64,000 bases of DNA from an uncultured Flavobacteriaceae bacterium. Its GTDB lineage: Bacteria; Bacteroidota; Bacteroidia; Flavobacteriales; Flavobacteriaceae. The position numbers and the translations under genes were made by a program. The notes beneath the pieces were generated by a model that saw nothing but the letters and a program-made list of their open reading frames with translations, did no database searches and was not told where the DNA came from. Below, in pieces: positions 20,396 through 28,419 of the stretch. How positions within the stretch are numbered: the stretch's first letter is position 1; each line of letters opens with the position of its first letter. The DNA lies in assembly GCA_963793365.1 (NCBI GenBank), contig CAWBZP010000003.1:275698-339697 (forward strand), given 5' to 3'.

Positions 20396-20414
20396 CAAGA
20401 CGGTCGTCTTTTTG
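20396..20414 (+). terminator. Weak hairpin plus T run after ndh
   Basis: CAAGACGGTCGTCTTTTTG forms a 5-bp stem followed by TTTTT, 3 nt after the stop codon. Confidence 0.35.
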
Positions 20415-20545
20415 TGTCCTATAATTTTGGACTTCATTTGATAGTGGGTTTCTGTATAAGGCTGGTAGTTAAAGTCTTGCCAAGTATTTCTTTGGATAGA
20501 TTTTTTCAAATATCTTAAGAAGAATATTATTTACCGGAACCCTTT

Positions 20546-21064
20546 ATGAAACTTCTTATTGTTGTTTTATGGTTTATGTGTGCTACCACGTTGATGGCCC
20601 AAAAAATTGAGGAACAACCCAAAACACTCCCGTCTTCCTTGCTTGGTTTGTCCATGTCCGGTCATTCGTATCCCGTTTCTTTAAATGGGGATATACATAA
20701 ATCATTTCTGGTTGTTTATGGCATTTCTACAAACACAAAAGTGGAGCTTCAGGGTTTTTATGATACTTATTTATTAACCGAACGGTTTAGAACCAATTTT
20801 GGGGGTAAGTATTATCTCAATGAGCAACTCTATGTTTTTTCTGGAATGGAAATGGAAAGGGCAACAGGAAACTTTATACGTTTACCCGTACCTGATTCGT
20901 ATCGTGTAGGTGTGGTGGCAGGTGCCGGGTACGATGTTAGTGAAAATTTTATGATAGAGATTAAAAGCAATATACAGGTAAATAATGCTACGATTGGGCT
21001 CTATGGAGAATCTTTGATTAAAATGCCCGCAGTATATACTATTGGCAGCAAGCTAAAATTCTAA
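20546..21064 (+). CDS. Hypothetical outer-membrane beta-barrel protein
   Basis: 172 aa with a signal peptide, alternating hydrophobic beta pattern and C-terminal ...GSKLKF (terminal Phe). Confidence 0.55.
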   Translation: MKLLIVVLWFMCATTLMAQKIEEQPKTLPSSLLGLSMSGHSYPVSLNGDIHKSFLVVYGISTNTKVELQGFYDTYLLTERFRTNFGGKYYLNEQLYVFSGMEMERATGNFIRLPVPDSYRVGVVAGAGYDVSENFMIEIKSNIQVNNATIGLYGESLIKMPAVYTIGSKLKF

Positions 21065-21963
21065 CTACTTTTCCTTGGATGGTAGGTATTCATGACCTGC
21101 GCCAGGTGCGATCGGTCTACGTGCATGTAAATTTCAGTGGTCGTAATGCTTTCATGTCCAAGCATTTGTTGAATCGCCCTTAAATCCGCACCATTTTCCA
21201 AAAGATGTGTTGCAAAGGAGTGTCTAAACGTATGTGGACTAATATTTTTATTTAGGTTTATTTGGGTAGCAAGATTTTTAACAATAGTAAAGATCATAGC
21301 TCGGGTAAGCTGCCTCCCACGTCGGTTCAAAAATAGGATATCTTGAAACCCTTCTTTTATATCCAAATGAACCCTAATCTCGTTACGGTAAATACCAATA
21401 TACTTTTTGTTCACCTTGCTAATTGGAACAAACCTTTGTTTGTCCCCTTTACCGGTAACCTTAATAAAATCCTCTTCAAAAAATAGATCGGATATTTTTA
21501 AATCCAAAAGTTCTGAAACCCGCAGTCCACAGCCGTATAAGGTTTCCAGCATTGCACGGTTACGCTCCCCTTCGGGAGCGCTCAAGTCTATGGCAGCAAT
21601 CAATTTATTTATTTCGTTTACGGATAGGGTATCTGGTAATTTTCGCCCAATTTTTGGCGACTCAATCAAATCTAAGGGATTGTCCTTTCGGTAATCCTCA
21701 AAAATCAGATAGTTGAAAAAACTTTTTAGACCAGAAATAATCCGTGCCTGCGAGCGTGGATTTACGACCTTGGCCACTTCATAAATGAATTGTTGTACCG
21801 TATCCTTCTGTAGCTGTATGGGCCCATCAGATACCGAGTGGCGCTCCAAAAAAGACATCAGTTTTTCAATATCCCTGGTGTAACTTTGAATGGAATTTTT
21901 GGACAGCCCCCGTTCCAATTTAAGATAAACCTTATAATCTGCAAGTGCTTGGGTCCAGTTCAT
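21061..21963 (-). CDS. xerD: Site-specific tyrosine recombinase XerD
   Basis: 300 aa with catalytic motifs GLRVSEL, HTFRHSFATHLL and GHESITTTEIYMHV. Confidence 0.9.
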   Translation of the reverse strand: MNWTQALADYKVYLKLERGLSKNSIQSYTRDIEKLMSFLERHSVSDGPIQLQKDTVQQFIYEVAKVVNPRSQARIISGLKSFFNYLIFEDYRKDNPLDLIESPKIGRKLPDTLSVNEINKLIAAIDLSAPEGERNRAMLETLYGCGLRVSELLDLKISDLFFEEDFIKVTGKGDKQRFVPISKVNKKYIGIYRNEIRVHLDIKEGFQDILFLNRRGRQLTRAMIFTIVKNLATQINLNKNISPHTFRHSFATHLLENGADLRAIQQMLGHESITTTEIYMHVDRSHLAQVMNTYHPRKSS

Positions 21964-21999
21964 TCCATTAAATTTAAAAAATTTTAATCTAAATAATTT

Positions 22000-22159
22000 C
22001 CCGATGGCTCTGCCACGGGGTTTCCGAACTTACCTCCCCTTGGGGAAGGTCGGAATTGCCTTTTTGCAATTTCGGGTGGGGTAAAATACAAAATTTCGGT
22101 TTTTGGCCCTTTTTGGCCAAAATGAAACTGGCGAAATACTCCTGTGGCTTGCCCCGGGG
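22000..22159 (-). ncRNA. Candidate structured small RNA (6S-like / flavobacterial 6S-type?), unverified
   Basis: A GC-rich island in an otherwise AT-rich 720-bp intergenic region. The ends are imperfectly complementary (CCCCGGGGCAAGCCACAGG ... CCCCGUGGCAGAGCCAUCGGG on the - strand). It holds three internal hairpins (22024..22053, 22054..22071, 22101..22122), two of which have the same AAAAAG loop. One G-U pair in hairpin 1 becomes a C-A mismatch on the + strand, which favours the - strand. Confidence 0.3.
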
Positions 22160-22683
22160 ATAGTCAGTTTCAAGAAATTTTTTATTTCCTTTCAAAGGTA
22201 TTTAAAATACCTAGATTCTGGATTTAAAGAAGGGTATTGCAACTCCTTAACATGGATTTTTTATTGAATAAACTAGTGTTGATTGGGCATGGAACTTCTA
22301 GAAAATAGTAACCATCTTAGTTTCCAATTCTTCGTATACTATATGTAGATAGCGCTTTTCCAATTTTACAGCAGTATAATTCTTTGTAACCGTTTTATAT
22401 CGGCTTAAAATTCAATGAATGTGTTATTTAGTAACTAACACTACATTGGATATTTTGGATAAACCTTTCCTTCGGCCCATGAAGAGTATAAATATCACAT
22501 TTATAATAATCCTGGTTGAATTGCGTTAAAGACCTACAAAACTTTAAACAAAAATCATGCACAAAAAGAGGATAAGTAATTGAGCGCGAATTTTTGTAAC
22601 CTTCAATTCGCATTGATTTTAAGCAATACACTTTACTGAATTGATTAGATGAAACTATCTTCTAAGTAAAACAACCCAAACCA

Positions 22684-23223
22684 ATGAAAATAACATTCTT
22701 TTTTAAAGCTTTACCTCTAGTTTTAATTTTTTCTCTTTTTAATCTCACGGATAGTAAGGCCCAAGAGGGTTTTAAGATGGGAATTCAAGCTGGCTTACCC
22801 TTCAACGATTTTAACGAGGCATTGAGTGTAGTGGTAGGCGCTGATGTATCCTACATGTATCCCTTGGGAGAAATTGTGGATATAGGTCCATCCGTTGGTT
22901 TCATTCATGGCTTTGCGGAAACATTTCAGTCAGAAATTGTTAGAAATGATTTAAAATCCATCCAATTTGTACCACTTTCCGCGGGACTCCGTTTATGGAC
23001 TTCCAATGAATTTTCTTTTGGCGGTAATGCCGGATACGCCCTTGGTATTTCTGATGGAAATGAAGGCGGTTTGTATTACCGGCCTACGATTGCCTATTTG
23101 ATGAGCTCCAGTGTGGAGGTTAATTTTTCCTATACGGGGATTGAACTCGAGGAAGCTACTTGGAGTACTTTGACCTTGGGCATCGTGTATAATTTTGAGC
23201 CCAAATACCGTACGCGCAGGTAA
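22684..23223 (+). CDS. Outer-membrane beta-barrel (OmpA-barrel/porin-like) protein
   Basis: 179 aa with a signal peptide and alternating beta-strand pattern ending ...LTLGIVYNF. Confidence 0.65.
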   Translation: MKITFFFKALPLVLIFSLFNLTDSKAQEGFKMGIQAGLPFNDFNEALSVVVGADVSYMYPLGEIVDIGPSVGFIHGFAETFQSEIVRNDLKSIQFVPLSAGLRLWTSNEFSFGGNAGYALGISDGNEGGLYYRPTIAYLMSSSVEVNFSYTGIELEEATWSTLTLGIVYNFEPKYRTRR

Positions 23224-23302
23224 TTGAGGTCAGTCTAGCCTCCCCAATTCCACTCCCATAGTTTCCGTTCCAAATTAAACCAACATTTGTTACTTTTACC
23301 AA

Positions 23303-23719
23303 ATGAAGATTATTATAATCAATGGTCCTAACTTGAACCTACTTGGTAAAAGGGAACCTGAAATTTACGGGAGCCAATCTTTTGAAGATTACTTTTCAAA
23401 ACTTCAATTCAAGTTCAAGGCCATTGAATTGGAATATTATCAATCCAATATAGAGGGTGATATCATTTCCAAACTTCAGGAAACCGGGTTTTCCTACGAT
23501 GGCATAGTACTGAATGCAGCGGCATATACGCACACTTCCGTTGGCATTGGCGATGCCATAAAAGCCATAAAGACTCCCGTAGTGGAAGTTCATATTTCCA
23601 ATACACATCAGCGCGAGGCATTTCGGCACAATTCGTATATCTCTCCCGTAGCTGTGGGCGTTATTCTAGGGTTTGGCCTAAAAAGTTACGACTTGGCCAT
23701 TGAAAGCTTTAAGAAGTAA
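23303..23719 (+). CDS. aroQ: Type II 3-dehydroquinate dehydratase
   Basis: 138 aa; IIIINGPNLNLLGKREPEIYG and VEVHISNTHQREAFRH are diagnostic. Confidence 0.95.
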   Translation: MKIIIINGPNLNLLGKREPEIYGSQSFEDYFSKLQFKFKAIELEYYQSNIEGDIISKLQETGFSYDGIVLNAAAYTHTSVGIGDAIKAIKTPVVEVHISNTHQREAFRHNSYISPVAVGVILGFGLKSYDLAIESFKK

Positions 23720-23882
23720 GCTTTTCTGGATTATCGCTATTGCAATGCATCTATCCACGTCTAACTATGGATTATAGGCCCTGATCAATGACTATTGGCT
23801 TGCCTTGTTTCTAACTTCGTTAAAAATTTTTAACATCTGCGCCACCCCAATTTAGCGTACATAGTAAAAACTCCCGTTTACT

Positions 23883-25040
23883 ATGAAAAAAATAGGCTAC
23901 TTTTTAGGTGTTGCAATATTTTTACTAAGTTTTTCATGCTCAGATGATACTGATGTGGCCCTACCACCGGTACCGGATAATTCCATCTCTATTACCAATG
24001 CATTTTCCGGTTTAAGTTTTGCACGGCCCTTAGATTTACAGAGCCCGGCAGATGGCACGAACCGTATTTTCGTAGGAGAGCAAGGTGGAGTAATAAAGGT
24101 TTTTACAAACGACAGCACTGTCACCACAACCCAAATTTTTTTAGATATTACCAATAGAACGGTTAGTACAAGCGAACTCGGGCTACTAGGTTTTGCATTT
24201 CACCCAGATTATAATACAAACGGACTCCTATATGTAACCTACACCCCACGGGAGAATGTATCCGTTATTTCGCAATTTAGGGTGTCCGATACTGATGCAA
24301 ATAGTGCGGACCTTTCCAGTGAGCTCGTATTGCTCGAAATTCCACAACCGGCTACCAATCATAACGGAGGACAACTGGCATTTGGTCCTGATGGATTCCT
24401 GTACATTGCGTCAGGAGATGGGGGAGGTGCGGGTGATCCAAATGGGAATGCCCAAAACCTAGGCAATCTGCTGGGTAAAATTTTACGAATTGATGTAAAC
24501 AACCGGGAGAATGGGCTTAATTACGCAATTCCATCAGATAATCCTTTCGTTGACAATACAACCACGCGTCCTGAAATCTATGCCTACGGATTACGAAACC
24601 CATGGCGGTTCAGTTTCGATGTCCCTACGAATACCCTCTACACCGGGGATGTGGGACAAGGGGAGCTCGAGGAAATAAATCGCATTGAAAAAGGGGGCAA
24701 TTATGGCTGGAATATCTTGGAAGGTACCTCCTGTTATTTGCAGAGCGATTGTGATAGGGCAGGGACCATTGTTCCTATTTTTGAGTATAACCATAGTGCC
24801 AACGATAGGTCCATAACTGGTGGTTATGTGTATAGGGGAAGTGAATTGCCAGCGCTACGTGGCTATTATATTTATGCTGACTTTATATCTGGGCGTATTT
24901 GGGCATTGGACCAGGCCGGGAACAATCAATTGCTGTTAGAAACCGGTTTACCCATAGCATCTTTTGGAACGGACGCCGCAAACGAATTGTATATCTGTAG
25001 TTTTGACGGAAAAATTTACAAATTTTCCGATGCCGATTAA
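23883..25040 (+). CDS. PQQ-dependent sugar (glucose/sorbosone) dehydrogenase family lipoprotein
   Basis: 385 aa with a lipobox (LLSFSCSDD) and beta-propeller motifs NHNGGQLAFGPDGFLYIASGDGG and YGLRNPWRFSFD. Confidence 0.85.
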   Translation: MKKIGYFLGVAIFLLSFSCSDDTDVALPPVPDNSISITNAFSGLSFARPLDLQSPADGTNRIFVGEQGGVIKVFTNDSTVTTTQIFLDITNRTVSTSELGLLGFAFHPDYNTNGLLYVTYTPRENVSVISQFRVSDTDANSADLSSELVLLEIPQPATNHNGGQLAFGPDGFLYIASGDGGGAGDPNGNAQNLGNLLGKILRIDVNNRENGLNYAIPSDNPFVDNTTTRPEIYAYGLRNPWRFSFDVPTNTLYTGDVGQGELEEINRIEKGGNYGWNILEGTSCYLQSDCDRAGTIVPIFEYNHSANDRSITGGYVYRGSELPALRGYYIYADFISGRIWALDQAGNNQLLLETGLPIASFGTDAANELYICSFDGKIYKFSDAD

Positions 25041-25327
25041 GCTGGTTCCGTTGCAGGCCGGAGGTATTTTTCCTCCACATAAAATGTCGCAAAAGGTAGA
25101 AGCGAGGCTATAAAGAAGACCATCATCCTTTTTAATCCCCATTTTTTGCTATAGCAAACTAGAATTGCCAATACAATAAAAGCAATAAACAACACCCCGT
25201 GTGCGTAGCCTACAATCTTATTGGGACCCGGAATATCCGCCCAATATTTTAAGGGCATGGTTACCCCGAACAACGCCAAATAAGAAATACCTTCCAGAAT
25301 TGCCGTTGCTCGAAATAATTTTATCAT
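25037..25327 (-). CDS. DUF3817 family small membrane protein
   Basis: Start chosen at MIKLFRATAILEGISYLALF (96 aa, 3 TM). The longer track ORF would overlap lpdA. Confidence 0.7.
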   Translation of the reverse strand: MIKLFRATAILEGISYLALFGVTMPLKYWADIPGPNKIVGYAHGVLFIAFIVLAILVCYSKKWGLKRMMVFFIASLLPFATFYVEEKYLRPATEPA

Positions 25328-25349
25328 ACCAGTACGTCTTTTGAAGTTT

Positions 25350-26741
25350 TTATAAATGGATAACCTCGTCATAGGCAGCTGCAACTGCCTCCATAACTGC
25401 TTCGCTCATGGTTGGGTGGGGGTGAACCGCTTTCAATACCTCGTGGCCCGTGGTTTCCAATTTACGGCCCAAAACCGCCTCAGCAATCATATCCGTTACT
25501 CCGGCACCGATCATATGGCAACCTAGCCATTCACCATATTTGGCATCGAAGATCACTTTTACGAATCCGTCAGATGCTCCAGAAGCTTTGGCCTTTCCAC
25601 TCGCGGAAAACGGAAATTTACCAACTTTAATATCAAACCCTTTTTCCCTGGCCTGTTTTTCGGTTAAACCAACAGACGCTATTTCAGGAGAGCAGTAGGT
25701 ACAACCCGGTATGTTCCCATAATCCAAAGGCTCTACATGCATGTCCGCAATCTTTTCGACACATAAAATACCCTCTGCGGAGGCTACGTGTGCCAATGCC
25801 TGTCCTGGGGTTACATCACCAATGGCATAATAACCCGGTATATTGGTCTGGTAATAATCGTTAACCAGAATTTTATCCCGATCTGTGGCAATACCAACGT
25901 CCTCGAGTCCTATGTTTTCGATATTCGATTTTATACCTACGGCAGATAGAACAATATCGGCTTCCAGGATTTCCTCTCCTTTGGCTGTTTTTACCGTTGC
26001 CTTGACCCCATCGCCAGACGTGTCCACCGAAGTAACTTCGGCCGAAGTCATTATTTTAATACCGGTCTTTTTAAAACTACGTTCCAATTGCTTGCTCACA
26101 TCCTCATCCTCTACCGGTACAATGTTGGGTAAATATTCTACTACGGTAACCTCCGTACCCATAGCATTGTAGAAATACGCAAACTCAATACCAATGGCCC
26201 CACTACCTACAACAATTAGCTTTTTGGGCTGTTTTTCCAAGGTCATGGCCTTACGGTATCCAATTATTTTTTTGCCGTCTTGGGGTAAGCTTGGCAATTC
26301 CCTACTCCGTGCTCCGGTCGCAATAATGATATGTTGGGCACTGTATTCCGTTTCTTGCCCGTCTTCCGATTTTACGGATACTTTCTTCCCAGATTTTAGG
26401 GTGCCGTAGCCATTTATTACTTCAATCTTGTTCTTTTTCATCAAGAATTGGACCCCTTTGCTCATACCATCCGCTACTCCACGGCTGCGTTTGACCACGG
26501 CATCAAAATCCTTATCCGCCCCGTCAACTTTTAAACCATAATCCTCTGCATGTTTAAGATATTCAAAGACCTGAGCAGATTTCAACAAGGCTTTTGTAGG
26601 AATACATCCCCAATTTAAGCAGACCCCACCAAGACTTTCCTTTTCTATAATGGCAGTTTTAAAACCCAATTGTGATGCCCTTATTGCGGTTACATATCCT
26701 CCAGGACCACTCCCTAAAACAATGATGTCAAAATTGCTCAT
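25350..26741 (-). CDS. lpdA: Dihydrolipoyl dehydrogenase
   Basis: 463 aa with FAD motif VLGSGPGGY and redox-active disulfide GGVCLNWGCIPTK. Confidence 0.95.
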   Translation of the reverse strand: MSNFDIIVLGSGPGGYVTAIRASQLGFKTAIIEKESLGGVCLNWGCIPTKALLKSAQVFEYLKHAEDYGLKVDGADKDFDAVVKRSRGVADGMSKGVQFLMKKNKIEVINGYGTLKSGKKVSVKSEDGQETEYSAQHIIIATGARSRELPSLPQDGKKIIGYRKAMTLEKQPKKLIVVGSGAIGIEFAYFYNAMGTEVTVVEYLPNIVPVEDEDVSKQLERSFKKTGIKIMTSAEVTSVDTSGDGVKATVKTAKGEEILEADIVLSAVGIKSNIENIGLEDVGIATDRDKILVNDYYQTNIPGYYAIGDVTPGQALAHVASAEGILCVEKIADMHVEPLDYGNIPGCTYCSPEIASVGLTEKQAREKGFDIKVGKFPFSASGKAKASGASDGFVKVIFDAKYGEWLGCHMIGAGVTDMIAEAVLGRKLETTGHEVLKAVHPHPTMSEAVMEAVAAAYDEVIHL

Positions 26742-26913
26742 ATCTTGATGTTTTTCGATTTAAAATGAGGTGCAAAAATACAAAACCTAATCGGAATTGA
26801 TAAAGGGATTTCAAAATATGAAGCTATTGTTTTGCAACTTATTGAAATTGGGCTTAGTAAAGTTTTGGGAACTTGTTGTAGGGTATAAAGATAAGGATGT
26901 CTAAAAATCCATC

Positions 26914-26987
26914 TGCTTCGTCTTTGCGAGGAACGAAGCAATCTGTAAAATGTTGGTAACCAACAGACAGATTACTTCACTTCGTTC
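26914..26987. repeat. REP-like compound palindrome with mutually exclusive hairpins
   Basis: GAACGAAGCAATCTGT...TGTTGGT-A-ACCAACA...ACAGATT...CTTCGTTC forms a long imperfect hairpin (26931..26987). TGCTTCGT (26914..26921) can alternatively pair with ACGAAGCA (26933..26940). Confidence 0.55.
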
Positions 26988-27044
26988 GTAATGACCTCTA
27001 AAACAGACTATTTATACAGCCTATTTGAAAAAATAGAACCTTTT

Positions 27045-27545
27045 TTATTTATCCGCAGGAACGAAATCTAAGGCTACGCCGTTTATACAGTGCCTTAAGC
27101 CAGTAGGTGCCGGTCCGTCCTCAAAAACGTGACCCAAATGTCCGCCACAGGTAGCACAATGTTCCTCGGTTCTTTTATACCCTATTTTATAGTCTACATC
27201 GTAAGCTACATTGCCTTCAATTTCTTGATAGAAACTGGGCCAACCCGTACCGGATTCAAATTTGGTTTCACTTTTGAATAAAGGCGTTGCGCATGCTGCG
27301 CAAACATAAGTTCCTTTCTTTTTGTTATCCAACAATTCACTGGTAAAAGGATTTTCTGTGGCCGCTTCACGCAATACATAATACTCGGCATCGGTCAACT
27401 CCTTTTTCCATTCTTCTTTGGTCTTTTGAACCGGGAATTCCTTCGTTTCGCTTGTTTGTTCGGCGTTAGCCATTTCTTTTTCCTGTGATGTACCTTTACA
27501 GCTTGCAAAAAGTACCAACAATACGATTCCAATTTTTATTTTCAT
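27045..27545 (-). CDS. msrB: Peptide-methionine (R)-S-oxide reductase MsrB, lipoprotein form
   Basis: 166 aa with lipobox LFASCKG, zinc cysteines CAACATP / CATCGGHLGHVF and catalytic RHCING. Confidence 0.92.
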   Translation of the reverse strand: MKIKIGIVLLVLFASCKGTSQEKEMANAEQTSETKEFPVQKTKEEWKKELTDAEYYVLREAATENPFTSELLDNKKKGTYVCAACATPLFKSETKFESGTGWPSFYQEIEGNVAYDVDYKIGYKRTEEHCATCGGHLGHVFEDGPAPTGLRHCINGVALDFVPADK

Positions 27546-27628
27546 TTTCCAATTTTTGTTTTAGACGATATTTGTCTGGTTTTCTATCAATATATTCTAT
27601 TTACGGAAGAATTAAGGTTAAGGTTTTC

Positions 27629-27666
27629 AAAAAAAAATAAACCCTTGAAAACATTTCAAGGGTTTT
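27629..27666 (-). terminator. Rho-independent terminator of the collagen-like lipoprotein gene
   Basis: On the - strand, AAACCCTTGAAA/TTTCAAGGGTTT forms a 12-bp stem followed by a T9 run, 25 nt after the stop. Confidence 0.65.
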
Positions 27667-27690
27667 GATAGTTAATTGGATGAAAACTTA

Positions 27691-28245
27691 TTAATCCAAT
27701 TTTATTTTTTGAATATCATTTTCAGATATCCCTAAGTGAGACATAATCGAATTGATGTTGGATGTGTCGACCTTAGAAGTATTTCCTAAGTTTGCTGGAA
27801 CTATCACAATTCTAAAAATCTGATTTTGAGTTAGATTTAAAGGTAAAAGACTTGCATCAAAATCAGGCTCCGCAAAAAGAGTATAATCACCACTTGTAAA
27901 ATCAAAATTATAATAAAACAATCCTTCATCTGTAAAGAAAGGCTGAGGTAATTGACGCCATACGTCTAAGTTGTCAACTACATCTTCAAGTCTATAAACA
28001 AGAATTACATCATCAGGGATTAATGTAATATCTGACGGGTACATTTCAGGTCCGAACTCATAGGTATTTGTACTATTGTTCAATAATAAATCAATTTCTA
28101 TTTCAAAAGCTGCCGCTTCAAACAAATCACCATCCAGTCCATCCAGTCCATCAAATCCGTTTAATCCTGGAGGGCCCTGGGGTCCTTCGCAGGAAATAAA
28201 TAAAATGGTAACAAGTGCTCCTAAAAGTAAGTTCAGTTTTTTCAT
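27691..28245 (-). CDS. Hypothetical lipoprotein with short collagen-like G-X-Y tract
   Basis: 184 aa with lipobox LFISCEG, immediately followed by GPQGPPGLNGFDGLDGLDGD (7 G-X-Y triplets) and then an acidic beta-rich domain. Confidence 0.55.
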   Translation of the reverse strand: MKKLNLLLGALVTILFISCEGPQGPPGLNGFDGLDGLDGDLFEAAAFEIEIDLLLNNSTNTYEFGPEMYPSDITLIPDDVILVYRLEDVVDNLDVWRQLPQPFFTDEGLFYYNFDFTSGDYTLFAEPDFDASLLPLNLTQNQIFRIVIVPANLGNTSKVDTSNINSIMSHLGISENDIQKIKLD

Positions 28246-28419
28246 AAGTTTATAATTATTCAGTTTGTGTATTTATTTTGGTTTATTGGTTCAAAAAGCG
28301 TTCCACTTTTGGTAATTCAATATATAAATCGGATATTAACTGCTGTATTTTTAACAAAAAGCAAGCATTGTCTAAGGTCATTTAAAGATGTTTAGCTTTG
28401 CTTAAAATTAATCCAAAAT

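Noticed and set aside
21061-21963. Tyrosine recombinase as a marker of an integrated mobile element.
   Set aside because: The sequence and length fit housekeeping XerD. I see no flanking direct repeats, tRNA target, excisionase, phage or conjugation genes.
21989-22195. The 68-aa ORF (MKGNKKFLETDYPRGKPQEY...) upstream of xerD as a protein gene.
   Set aside because: It has no recognisable fold or signal. It coincides with stacked hairpins, so it is better explained as structured RNA or DNA. The neighbouring 67-aa ORF 22428..22631 is also rejected.
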